In this document: positions 31,231 through 40,514 of the stretch, in pieces
Position numbering within the stretch: position 1 is the stretch's first letter
Layout of the letters: every line of letters starts with the position of its first letter
NCBI GenBank assembly: GCA_963709345.1
Contig: CAVPVX010000007.1
Span: 544,001-608,000, forward strand
Length of the DNA stretch: 64,000 bases
Origin: an uncultured Actinomycetes bacterium
GTDB taxonomy: Bacteria; Actinomycetota; Thermoleophilia; UBA2241
Reading direction: 5' to 3'
Notes under the pieces: generated by a model
What the model was told of the DNA's origin: nothing
Seen by the model: the letters and a program-made list of their open reading frames with translations, nothing else
Database searches by the model: none
Translations under genes and position numbers: made by a program

Positions 31231-34200
31231 GTGAGCTTCGTCCACCTGCACACGCACACGAACTTCTCGTTCGGCGATGGCGCCTGTCGCATCCCCGAGC
31301 TGGTCGCGCGAGCAGCCGAGTTGGGTATGCCGGCCCTGGCGGTCACCGACCACGAGGGGCTGTACGGCGCCGTGCGGTTCTACCAGGCGTGCAAGGCGGC
31401 CGGCATCAAGCCCATCGTCGGAGTCGAGCTCACGGTCGAGCCGGCGGTCGGCCCCGGCGGTCGGGTCTGGGAGCCGGGGGCGGACGCCCCGCCGCCCGCG
31501 TCGGCTCCGGCCGATCCGGCCGCAGCGGCCGCGCTCGGCGAGCCGCGGGCAGGCGAGACCGGCGCCGCGCAGGCGAGTGGCGCCGCAGCGGCCGCGCTCG
31601 CCCCGGACGGCCGCATCGCCCACCTCAAGGCGGCGGCCACGGTGCCGCCCTCGGCCGCCCGCGCCTCCGGCGCCGGCGGGCACCACCTGGTGCTCCTCGC
31701 CAGGGACTACGCCGGCTGGAGCAACCTCTGCCGCATCATCAGCGCCGCCCACCTCGAGCACCCGGGCGAGCCTCCGCTGGCCCGGCTCGCCACGCTCGCC
31801 GAGCACGCCGGCCACCTCGTCGCGCTCAGCGGCTGCCGCCGCAGCGAGGTCTGGTCGCGGCTGCTCGCCGGCGACAAGGCCGGCGCCCGCGCCGCGGCCG
31901 CCGTCTTCCACCGCATCTTCGGCCGCGAGTTCTTCATCGAGCTGCAGCACGAATTGCTGCCCGACTCCAACGTCTCGCTGCGCGCCCTGGACCTCCTCGC
32001 CCACAAGCTGCGCATCCCCACCGTCGCCACCGGCGACGTCCACTACACGGTCAAGGGCGACGCCGGCCTGCACGACGTGCTCGCCGCCGAAGCCGCCAAT
32101 CAGCCGCTGCCCAACCCGCTGGGGCGCAAGAACGCCGAGCTCTATCTCAAGAGCCCGGCCCAGATGCGCCGCCTCTTCCAGCGCTACCCGGAAGCCTACG
32201 CGAACGCCGCGCGCATCGCCGCGCGCTGCAACCTCGATCTCGGCCTCGGGCGGCTCCTCTTCCCCGCCTACCCGCTGCCGCCGGGCGAGACCGCTTTCTC
32301 GCTGCTCTGGAAGCGCTGCTTCGAGGGAGCGGCCGAGCGCTACAAGCCGCTCACCGCCGAGGTCACGGCGCGACTCGAGCACGAGCTCAAGGTCGTCGAG
32401 GAGCTCGGCTTCGCCGAGTACTTCCTCGCTGTACGCGACATCGTCGAGTTCGCCCGCGGCCGCGGCATCTACTACTCGGGCCGCGGCAGCGCCGGCAACA
32501 GCATCGTCAGCTACGTGCTGCGCGTCACCGACGCCGACCCCATCGCGCACGAGCTGCTCTTCGAGCGCTTCCTCAACCCGGCGCGCCGCGAGATGCCGGA
32601 CGTCGACATCGACTTCTGCTCGGCGCGCCGCGACGAGGTCATCCAGTACATCTACGAGCGCTTCGGCCACGACAAGGTCGCTATGGTCGCCACCGTGAGC
32701 ACCGTACGCGCGCCCTCGGCGGTGCGCATCGCCAGCCGCGCCTTCGGCTTCACGCCGGACGAGATCAACGGCCTCTCCCGGCGCGTCCCGTGGGGCAGCG
32801 CCGCCAAGCTCGGGGAGATGCTCGCCGAGCGCCCCGAGCTCGAGAACCACGAGTTCCAACACCCGCATTACCGCCGCCTCGTCGACGTCGCCGAGCGGCT
32901 CGACGGCTTTCCGGCCCACCTCGGCACGCACCTCGGCGGATTCATCCTCTCGCGCGACCCGCTCACCGACCGCGTGCCGCTGCAGTGGGCGGCCAAGGGT
33001 GTCGTGGTGGCCCAATTCGACAAGGACGACGTCGAGACGCTGGGCCTCGTCAAGATGGACATCCTCGCCCTCAAGATGCACTCGGCCATCGCCGAGGCCG
33101 TGCGCCGCATCGAGGCGCGCACCGGCGAGCGCGTCAGCGCCTGGGAGCTCCCGCGCGACGACCCCAAGGTCTACGAGCTCATCAGGTCGGCGCGCACCGT
33201 CGGCCTGTTCCAGCTCGAGAGCTCGGGGCAGCGCAACCTGGCGACGCGACTGCAGGAGCGCGACTTCGAGGACGTCATCGCGGCCATCTCGCTCTTCCGC
33301 CCGGGGCCGCTGCAGGCCGACATGATCGCACCGTTCATCAGACGACGGCACGGCAAGGAGCCGGTCACCGTGCCGCACCCGGCCATGGAGCGCATCCTGC
33401 GGCGCACCTACGGGGTCATCGTCTACCAGGAGCAGGTCATCGAGGTGGCCTCGGCGGTCGCGGGCTTCAGCCTCGCCGAGGCCGACCTGCTCCGCCGCAC
33501 CATGACCCACGAGCGCTCCATGGAGGAGATGGACGCCATCGGCCGCAACTTCGTGGAGCAGGCGATGGCGCGCGGCGCCACGCAGGAGGTCGCCGACGAG
33601 GTCTTCCGCCAGCTCCGCGGGTTCGCCGCATACGGCTTCAACAAAGCGCACGCCGCCTGCTTCGCCATCGTCTGTAACGCCTCGGCCTGGCTCAAGGCGC
33701 ACTACCCGGCCGAGTTCTACGCCGGCATCCTCAACAACCAGCCCATGGGCTTCTACTCGCCGCGCGTGGTGCTCAACGACGCGCGTCGCTTCGGGCTGCG
33801 CGTGCTCCCGCTCGACGTCAACCTGAGCGGCGAGCGGTTCGAGGTCGAACGAGACGGGACCGCCCTGCGCGTCGGACTTGCCTGCGTCAAAGAGATGAGC
33901 GCGGCCGCGCGGCGGGCGATCGTCGCGGCGCGCGAAGACGGGCACGACAGCGAGCCCTCGGCCGGTCCGGTCCGGTCGTTCACTTCGCTCCCGGACTTCG
34001 TCGCGCGCACTCGCGTCAGCCGCGAGATCACCGAGAACCTCGCGCGGCTCGGCGCCTTCGACGCGCTCGGCGTACGCCGCGAAGAGCTGGTCGCGCAGGT
34101 GCCGCTGCTGTACGCCGGCGCCAGGCCGGCGAGGCGAGCGGCATCCGGCGCGATCGCGTCCGGCAGCCCGGCGGACGCCGGCGCCGGCCTCGACCAGCCG

Positions 34201-34758
34201 CGCCTCGCCCTCGACGAGCAGCTCGGGCCACTCACCTTTCTGCCGGACTGGTCCCCGCAGCGGCGGGTGAGCCTCGAGCTCGAGCTGCTCGGTCTCAACG
34301 TCAGCGCCCACCCCTTACGCTTCGTGCGCGACGAGGTCAAAGCCCTCGGAGTCACGCCCATGTCGCGCCTCCCCGAGGTGCTCCACGGCCGGCGCGTGCG
34401 CCTCGCCGGCGTGCTCGAGCGCGCCCAGATGCCCTGGGTCCGCAGCGGCCACCGCACCATGTTCCTCACCATCGAGGACGAGACCGAGCTGGGCCAGGTG
34501 GTCATCTTCAACGACGTCTACCTCAAGTACGGGCGCGTGCTCAAAGACGCGATCTACCTGCTGGTCGACGGCGAGCTGCAGAACGACGAGGAGCACGGAC
34601 TCGCGGTGGTCGCACACCGCATCACCGACCTCACCCGGGTGTTGGCCCGCAACGAAACACTGCCGCAGGGCGAGCGCCGCGCCGGCTCCGCCGGCCGGCC
34701 GCTCGCCCGTGAGCTCCCCGCCGTCGAGCCGCGCACGCGGCCGGGCCGCACCGGCTGA
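31231..34758 (+). CDS. dnaE2: Error-prone DNA polymerase III alpha subunit
   Basis: PHP domain HLHTH; PDVDIDF; DnaE2-type GRGSAGNS, HLGTHLGG and LNNQPMGFYSP; OB fold; LexA box upstream. Confidence 0.88.
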   Translation: MSFVHLHTHTNFSFGDGACRIPELVARAAELGMPALAVTDHEGLYGAVRFYQACKAAGIKPIVGVELTVEPAVGPGGRVWEPGADAPPPASAPADPAAAAALGEPRAGETGAAQASGAAAAALAPDGRIAHLKAAATVPPSAARASGAGGHHLVLLARDYAGWSNLCRIISAAHLEHPGEPPLARLATLAEHAGHLVALSGCRRSEVWSRLLAGDKAGARAAAAVFHRIFGREFFIELQHELLPDSNVSLRALDLLAHKLRIPTVATGDVHYTVKGDAGLHDVLAAEAANQPLPNPLGRKNAELYLKSPAQMRRLFQRYPEAYANAARIAARCNLDLGLGRLLFPAYPLPPGETAFSLLWKRCFEGAAERYKPLTAEVTARLEHELKVVEELGFAEYFLAVRDIVEFARGRGIYYSGRGSAGNSIVSYVLRVTDADPIAHELLFERFLNPARREMPDVDIDFCSARRDEVIQYIYERFGHDKVAMVATVSTVRAPSAVRIASRAFGFTPDEINGLSRRVPWGSAAKLGEMLAERPELENHEFQHPHYRRLVDVAERLDGFPAHLGTHLGGFILSRDPLTDRVPLQWAAKGVVVAQFDKDDVETLGLVKMDILALKMHSAIAEAVRRIEARTGERVSAWELPRDDPKVYELIRSARTVGLFQLESSGQRNLATRLQERDFEDVIAAISLFRPGPLQADMIAPFIRRRHGKEPVTVPHPAMERILRRTYGVIVYQEQVIEVASAVAGFSLAEADLLRRTMTHERSMEEMDAIGRNFVEQAMARGATQEVADEVFRQLRGFAAYGFNKAHAACFAIVCNASAWLKAHYPAEFYAGILNNQPMGFYSPRVVLNDARRFGLRVLPLDVNLSGERFEVERDGTALRVGLACVKEMSAAARRAIVAAREDGHDSEPSAGPVRSFTSLPDFVARTRVSREITENLARLGAFDALGVRREELVAQVPLLYAGARPARRAASGAIASGSPADAGAGLDQPRLALDEQLGPLTFLPDWSPQRRVSLELELLGLNVSAHPLRFVRDEVKALGVTPMSRLPEVLHGRRVRLAGVLERAQMPWVRSGHRTMFLTIEDETELGQVVIFNDVYLKYGRVLKDAIYLLVDGELQNDEEHGLAVVAHRITDLTRVLARNETLPQGERRAGSAGRPLARELPAVEPRTRPGRTG

Positions 34759-34814
34759 CGCCCGCCGGCCGACGACGGCCGGCCGCATCTCCGGAGCCGG
34801 CGGCCGCCCGGCCG

Positions 34815-36623
34815 TCAGAACACGGCCACCTCGATCAGGACCTCGTCCCCTGGGCGGGCGCGGGCGCCGGCGGCCGGATCCTGCGCCACGACGTCGCCGG
34901 GAAACACGCCCCAGCCGAGCACGAGGTCGGTCTGGACGATGAACCCCTCCTCCTCGAGCAAGGCGGAGGCCTCGCCCTGCGACAGACCCACGACGTCCGG
35001 CACCGCGACCTCCGGCGGGCCGCTGCTCACCCAGAACGTGACGGTGTCGCCACGCTCGACCGTTGCGCCCGCAGCCGGCTTCTGCTTGAAGATCTCCCCC
35101 TTCGGCGCCGATTCCGAAGCGGCGCGACGACTCCGGCCGTTCAGAGATGCGGCCTCCAGGCGCTCACGCGCCACGCTCGCGGCCAGGCCCCCCAGATCCG
35201 GCGCCGGGATGTGCAGCGGGCCGCGACTCACCCAGAGGTCCACCTTGACGCCGTCCTCGACGGCGGTCCCGCCACGCGGCTTCTGGCGGACCACCGCGCC
35301 GGTCGCGTGCTTGTCCGACCAGACGAAGTGGACCGCGGGGCGGAGTCCCTCGTCGCGGACCGCGGCGGCAGCCTCGGCACGATCCACGCCGACCACCACC
35401 GGAACGGTCGGCCCGGCCGCCAGCACGATCACGTACACCACGGCGGCCAGCGCGGCGAGCGCGCCGGCGGCGAGCGCCGTCAGGAGCAGCCGGCGCATGC
35501 GGCGCCGGCGTGGACGCCCGGCCTCCGCCGTCCCGGCCGGGACGCGATAGCGCGTCGGCGCCTCAGACGCGAGTCGCGTGGAGCCCCCGGCGGCCTCCGC
35601 CGAGGCGGCGAGCGCCGTTGCGGCCCGGCTCGGCTCGGCGGCCGGTCCTTCGCCCGGTCCGGCCGGCGCGTCCCCGGCCGATGCGGGCGCCTGCAGGTGC
35701 GGCGCCGGAGACGGCGGAGCGACGACGGCGCCGGCGCGTACCCGGCGAAGCGCCTCGGCGAACTCCGCGGCCGTCTGGTACCGGTCCGCCGGATCCTTGC
35801 TCAGCGCCTGCATGACGGCGGCGGCCAGCGCCTCGGACACGGCCGGCGAGAGCGACCGCGGGTTCGGCGGCGCCGCGGAGACGTGCTGCATGGCCACGAC
35901 GACGTCCGTCTCCCCGCGGAACGGCACCCGGCCCGTCAACATCTCGAACAGGACGACCCCGAGGCTGTACACGTCGGAGCGCTCGTCGGCCGTCCTGCCC
36001 TGCGCCTGTTCCGGAGACAGATACGACGACGTGCCGAGCATCACCCCCGTGCGCGTGAGCGCCGATGCGCCGACCCGGGCGATGCCGAAGTCGGCGACCT
36101 TGACGCGGCCGTTCGCCTCCAGGAGAACGTTGTACGCGGTGACGTCACGATGCACGATCTCGCGCTCATGCGCAGCGCCCAGCGCCGCGAGAACGGCGAG
36201 CGCTATCGCGAGCGCGTCGTTCGGCGCCAGGGCGCCGTCACGCCGCAGGCGCTCCTTGAGCGACTCGCCGCACACGTACTCCATGGCGATGTACGCGGTG
36301 CCGGCGACGCTGCCGCGGTCGTAGACCGCGACGATGTTGGGATGATTGAGGCTCGCGGCCGCCCGCGCCTCGATGCGGAACCGCTCCACGAACTCGGCGT
36401 CCGCGGCGAGGCTCTTCTTGAGCACCTTGACGGCGACGCGGCGACCCAGAGTCTCGTCCTCGGCGAGGTAGACGTCAGCCATGCCGCCGCTGCCCAGCCG
36501 CGAAATGACGCGGTAGCGGCCGTCGAGGAGCCCGCGCCGGGAGCCGGCGCTTCGGCTGTCGTCGGTGCCTGCGCCTTCGCTCTGATCGGGAGCGGCGCCT
36601 CGGCCACGGTCGTGATCGTTCAT
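34815..36623 (-). CDS. PknB/Stk1-like Ser/Thr kinase with TM and three PASTA domains
   Basis: LGSGGMADVY, VAVK, KVADFGIAR and YLSPEQ; TM; VP.VVG PASTA repeats. Confidence 0.92.
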   Translation of the reverse strand: MNDHDRGRGAAPDQSEGAGTDDSRSAGSRRGLLDGRYRVISRLGSGGMADVYLAEDETLGRRVAVKVLKKSLAADAEFVERFRIEARAAASLNHPNIVAVYDRGSVAGTAYIAMEYVCGESLKERLRRDGALAPNDALAIALAVLAALGAAHEREIVHRDVTAYNVLLEANGRVKVADFGIARVGASALTRTGVMLGTSSYLSPEQAQGRTADERSDVYSLGVVLFEMLTGRVPFRGETDVVVAMQHVSAAPPNPRSLSPAVSEALAAAVMQALSKDPADRYQTAAEFAEALRRVRAGAVVAPPSPAPHLQAPASAGDAPAGPGEGPAAEPSRAATALAASAEAAGGSTRLASEAPTRYRVPAGTAEAGRPRRRRMRRLLLTALAAGALAALAAVVYVIVLAAGPTVPVVVGVDRAEAAAAVRDEGLRPAVHFVWSDKHATGAVVRQKPRGGTAVEDGVKVDLWVSRGPLHIPAPDLGGLAASVARERLEAASLNGRSRRAASESAPKGEIFKQKPAAGATVERGDTVTFWVSSGPPEVAVPDVVGLSQGEASALLEEEGFIVQTDLVLGWGVFPGDVVAQDPAAGARARPGDEVLIEVAVF

Positions 36624-36855
36624 CGGAACATCCGGCTCGGTCGCTGCTCGGGACGGCGCCGGCAGGCGCCGGCGAGGGGACGACGAGGAGACGCGGCGGC
36701 CTCGGGCCGGGATCGCGACGCCCGCCGCTCCAGTCCGGCAGGCTCGCGGCACGCCCGCCATGGAGCGCCAACGAGTGTAAACGACGGCGCGAGCCCTGTC
36801 GCCCGGCGGCGCCCAGCGCCGCCGGCTCCGGGGAGCGCCGCCGGCCGTGGAGTGC

Positions 36856-38481
36856 TCAGTCCGCCTGCCGTTCGACGAGCAACTGCAGCGCCTCGATCTC
36901 GTCCTTCTCAAACCAGAAGAGGTCGCAGATGCTGCAATAGTCGACCTCGACGGCGTGCTCGTAGCTGTAGTGGCGGCGCATCATCAGCTTCGCGCAGCGC
37001 GGGCATGGGACGAGCGGCACCTCGTAGCGACCGCGCGCGGCGAGCGCGGCCTGCCGCAGCTGGTCGCCGCTCGCCGTCAGCCAGTCGGCCAGCCGACGCT
37101 GGTCGTCGGTGAAGGCGATCTCGCGACGCGCAAGCAGCTTGCCGACCTGCGCGGTCCCGACGAGGCGGCCGCCGCAGGTGGAGCAGACGATGACCTGAAG
37201 ACCTTCGTACGACGCCGTGACCAGGCCGGCGCCGCAGCTCGGGCATCCCCTGACGCCCGCCGGCGCACGGGAGACGGACGGCGGGTGGGATCCGGACGCC
37301 GCCGGAGCGCTTTGCGCCCGGGGCACGCCGCCCGGCACCCGAGCGGCGGGCGTAGCGGCCGTCGCGCTCGCGGCGCCGGGCACGATGGGAACGATGTGGC
37401 GCCCGGCCCCACCGGCGACGGGGCCTGGCGACCAGTGCTCGCGCCGCGAGAATGTCGTGGCCGCCTGCTCCGCCTGGCGCTCGAAGTCGTCCGGAGGGAC
37501 GTTGGCCAGCGTCAGCAGCGCCGCGACACGCTCGGCCAGAGGCGGATGCGTGTCGTGCCACGACCCCGCCAACCACCCTCGGCGACCACCGGTGGCTGTT
37601 ATGCAGAGCGGCGCCAGGCCTTCCGGGATGTAGCCGGCGCCTCCGGGATGCCTGCCGATGATTCGGAGCGCTTCGGCAAGACTGAGTGGATCGCGCGTGT
37701 ACCGCGCCGCCGCGAGGTCGGCCTGACGCTCACGTTCGCGGCTGAGGGCGGCGTTCGTCACCGACGAGGCGAGCTGCAGCGCCCACAACCACCCGCGCAG
37801 CGTCACGGCGGCCACCACCAGTGGCACGCCGCGCATCCCGACACCGGCGTATGCGGCCTCCTCGAGCCGGTCGGACAGCGCCGAGTAGACGCCGAAGAGC
37901 AGGCAGGAGACCGTTACGGTGACGTAGCTGCCCGACAGCACGTGCGCGAACTCGTGGGCCACCACGGCCGTGAGTTGCTGCCGCGAGAGCCGCGCCAGCG
38001 CCCCCTCCGTCACCCCGATCACACCGCCGCCGTGCAGGTCGCTGAACGCGAAGGCGTTGAGCCCGATCGTGCGCACCGTGAAGCACTCGATCCGCGGCGC
38101 GCCGGTGGCGATGCGCATCTCCTCCACGATGTTGGCGAGCCGCTCGTGGTAGCGGTCGCCGCGGTCGAGCGGCCGGCAGTGCATCGCCCTGATCAGGCGG
38201 TCGCGGGCGCCGATCTGCGCGGCGCCCCAGTAGAGCAGCGCGACGACCAGCGCGACGGCGAGAATGGCGCCGACACCGCGCAGGGTGAACACCCAGGTGA
38301 ACGTGTCGATGATCGGGAAGCTCGCGTACAGACTCAGCGAGACGATGAGGCAGGCCACCCACGCCGCGGCGAAGACCATCCCCAGAAGGAGCGCGAACAG
38401 CAGCCAGATGCGCCAGCGCTTCTCGCGCTCGATCTCGAACAGACTGCGCCTCGTCCCCGCCGTCACGCGTGCCCGAGCCAC
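36856..38481 (-). CDS. M48/HtpX-like metalloprotease with C-terminal double zinc ribbon
   Basis: NAFA, AHEFAHV, RERQAD and THPP..ERV; CPSC..CSTC and CPRC..CSIC. Confidence 0.85.
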   Translation of the reverse strand: MARARVTAGTRRSLFEIEREKRWRIWLLFALLLGMVFAAAWVACLIVSLSLYASFPIIDTFTWVFTLRGVGAILAVALVVALLYWGAAQIGARDRLIRAMHCRPLDRGDRYHERLANIVEEMRIATGAPRIECFTVRTIGLNAFAFSDLHGGGVIGVTEGALARLSRQQLTAVVAHEFAHVLSGSYVTVTVSCLLFGVYSALSDRLEEAAYAGVGMRGVPLVVAAVTLRGWLWALQLASSVTNAALSRERERQADLAAARYTRDPLSLAEALRIIGRHPGGAGYIPEGLAPLCITATGGRRGWLAGSWHDTHPPLAERVAALLTLANVPPDDFERQAEQAATTFSRREHWSPGPVAGGAGRHIVPIVPGAASATAATPAARVPGGVPRAQSAPAASGSHPPSVSRAPAGVRGCPSCGAGLVTASYEGLQVIVCSTCGGRLVGTAQVGKLLARREIAFTDDQRRLADWLTASGDQLRQAALAARGRYEVPLVPCPRCAKLMMRRHYSYEHAVEVDYCSICDLFWFEKDEIEALQLLVERQAD

Positions 38482-38567
38482 CCGCCGCTCCTCACTCCCG
38501 TGAGCCCTTCACACTGCTTAACACTGTGGTAGTGGTTTCAACCGTCGTGCTAGTGGCAATATACCTT

Positions 38568-38715
38568 CTGCGCGGCGGAGTCCCCCCTCCACACACCCTC
38601 CCCGCGCAGGGTACCTCCAGGTACCACCCCATGGCTCCTTTCACAAGCCCCTCTCCCCGAGGGGCTGCCCGGAAACGGGCGCACGAAGGCGACGCGCAAG
38701 CGTCGCCTTCGTGCG
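38568..38715 (+). ncRNA. Candidate sRNA made of consecutive hairpins with C-rich loops (6C-like)
   Basis: Stems at 38568-38609, 38610-38625, 38646-38666, 38667-38680 (GAAA loop) and 38680-38715 (16 bp, GCAA loop). AT-richer promoter-like DNA just upstream. Confidence 0.5.
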
Positions 38716-38737
38716 TACGACCCCGTGGCCGTGGATC

Positions 38738-39445
38738 TCAAGCGACGGGCAGAAGCCCGCACGCGAGCAGGAAGTTCTTCGTGATATGCCGGCAGAACGC
38801 CGGGTAGGCCGGGAGCCGCCGCTCCGTCTCCGCGCGCAGCTCCCGGGCGAACTCCACCCCGAAGTGCTTGTACTCGCTCAGAGCATCGCGGACCCAGTGC
38901 GGCGCCATCGCTTCGTCGACCTCGGGGTGGAACTGCGTGGCCCATGCCTTGCCCCCGGCGCGGAACACCTGGACGCCGTCCCCGCACGTGGCGACGAGGT
39001 GGGACGTGGACGGCACGCGGCACGAGTATTCGTGCCAGTTGAACGCGACGAACGGCGAGGAGATGCCGCGCAGGAGCGGATCCTCGGCGACCTTCTCGAT
39101 CGTGACCCAGCCCACCTCAGGATGCGTGCGCCTGTACACGTCGCCCCCCGCCGCAAGGGTGAGCAACTGCGCGCCGAGGCAGATGCCCCAGACGGGCCCG
39201 CCCTCGTGCACGATGTGGCGCATGAGCTTGATCTCGTCGGCGAGGAAGGGGTACGTGCGCGTGTCGGTGACGTGCATGGCGCCGCCAAGGCTGATGAGCC
39301 CCGACATCTCGTGCGGCCACTGCGGGAGGGCGTCGCCTTCGTGAAGGCGACGCACCTCGAAGGGGACGCCGAGGTCGGTGAGCGCCACGCCGACGCTGCC
39401 GGGAGGGTCGTCGGTCTCGTGCTGAACGATGATCAGAGGCTTCAT
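38738..39445 (-). CDS. Type 1 glutamine amidotransferase
   Basis: GICLGAQLL and QFHPE catalytic motifs. Confidence 0.9.
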   Translation of the reverse strand: MKPLIIVQHETDDPPGSVGVALTDLGVPFEVRRLHEGDALPQWPHEMSGLISLGGAMHVTDTRTYPFLADEIKLMRHIVHEGGPVWGICLGAQLLTLAAGGDVYRRTHPEVGWVTIEKVAEDPLLRGISSPFVAFNWHEYSCRVPSTSHLVATCGDGVQVFRAGGKAWATQFHPEVDEAMAPHWVRDALSEYKHFGVEFARELRAETERRLPAYPAFCRHITKNFLLACGLLPVA

Positions 39446-39561
39446 CTGGGCTCCTGTCCGCTGCTCTGAGTATACCCGAGGCCGGGCCGGCGACGGTGTC
39501 GGGGCTTCACGTCGCGCCCGCGCCTTGCCCGACCGGACGCCCATCTGCGAGACTGGGCATC

Positions 39562-40431
39562 ATGAGCGGCTCGATCCCCACCCACGGCGGCGCCGACCCG
39601 CACACCGCGGCGCCCATCGTCGAGGTGGTCTCCGCCGGCAACGAAGTACTCATCGGCGACGTGCTCGACACCAACACCAACTGGCTGTGCACGCGCGTCA
39701 CCGGCCTCGGCGGCCTCGTGCGCCGCACGGTGATGGCGCGCGACGACATCGAGGCGATCGCCGCCGAGATCCGCGGCTGCATCGACCGGCGGCCGGCCCT
39801 CGTCTTCACCGTGGGCGGCCTTGGTCCCACGAGCGACGACCGCACGCTCCAGGGCGTCGCGCTCGGTCTCGGCGTGGGACTCGTACTGCACCCCGAGGCG
39901 GAGCGCCTCGTGGCCGAGAAGTACGCCGAGTTCCACGCTCGCGGCTTCGTCCCCTTCGCCGGGATGAACGAGAGCCGCCGCAAGATGGCGCGGCTGCCGG
40001 CCGGGGCGGAACCGATCGTGAACCCGATCGGCGGCGCCCCGGCCGTCCTCTGCCGCGCCGGCGAGACGCGCTTCGTGTCGCTGCCCGGCGTGCCCGGCGA
40101 GCTCATGGCGATCGTCGACGAAACGCTCGGCGGCGTGCTCGCCGAGGTGTTCGGAGCAGCGTACTACGAGGAGCGCTCGCTCGAGGTGGAACTCCAGGAC
40201 GAGTCGGCGATCGCGGACATCCTCCTCGCCGCCGAGGAGGCGCACCCGTCCGTCTACGTGAAGTCCCGCGCGAAGGTCCTCGGGAGCACGAGCGTCATCC
40301 GCGTCACGCTGAGCGCGCGCGGACGAAGTGACACCGTCGTCGCCGAGCTCCTCGCGCCGGCGGCGGAGCAGCTGCTCGCGCAGGTCGCCGCCGCCGGTTA
40401 CTGCATCAAGGCCGTCGCCGCCTCGCCCTGA
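39562..40431 (+). CDS. CinA N-terminal/molybdopterin-binding family protein (no PncC domain)
   Basis: GNEVLIGDVLDTN, GGLGPTSDDRT and LPGVPGE. Confidence 0.88.
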   Translation: MSGSIPTHGGADPHTAAPIVEVVSAGNEVLIGDVLDTNTNWLCTRVTGLGGLVRRTVMARDDIEAIAAEIRGCIDRRPALVFTVGGLGPTSDDRTLQGVALGLGVGLVLHPEAERLVAEKYAEFHARGFVPFAGMNESRRKMARLPAGAEPIVNPIGGAPAVLCRAGETRFVSLPGVPGELMAIVDETLGGVLAEVFGAAYYEERSLEVELQDESAIADILLAAEEAHPSVYVKSRAKVLGSTSVIRVTLSARGRSDTVVAELLAPAAEQLLAQVAAAGYCIKAVAASP

Positions 40432-40514
40432 GGGCCTCCGCCTGAGACAGACGCTGCGGCCGTCCCGGGCGCTGCTGAGGCGGCTCGGCGCCCGTCTCCC
40501 GCGCCGGACCCCGC

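Noticed and set aside
31441-31680. Insertion in DnaE2 as a possible intein
   Set aside because: Low-complexity Ala/Pro segment with no Cys/Ser start, His-Asn end or homing-endonuclease motif.
31192-34311. 1039-aa ORF antisense to dnaE2
   Set aside because: Shadow of dnaE2.
38493-38633. Minus-strand 46-aa ORF MGWYLEVPC... after AAAGGAG
   Set aside because: SD-to-ATG spacing is only 2 nt and codon usage is atypical; the RNA hairpins explain the sequence better.
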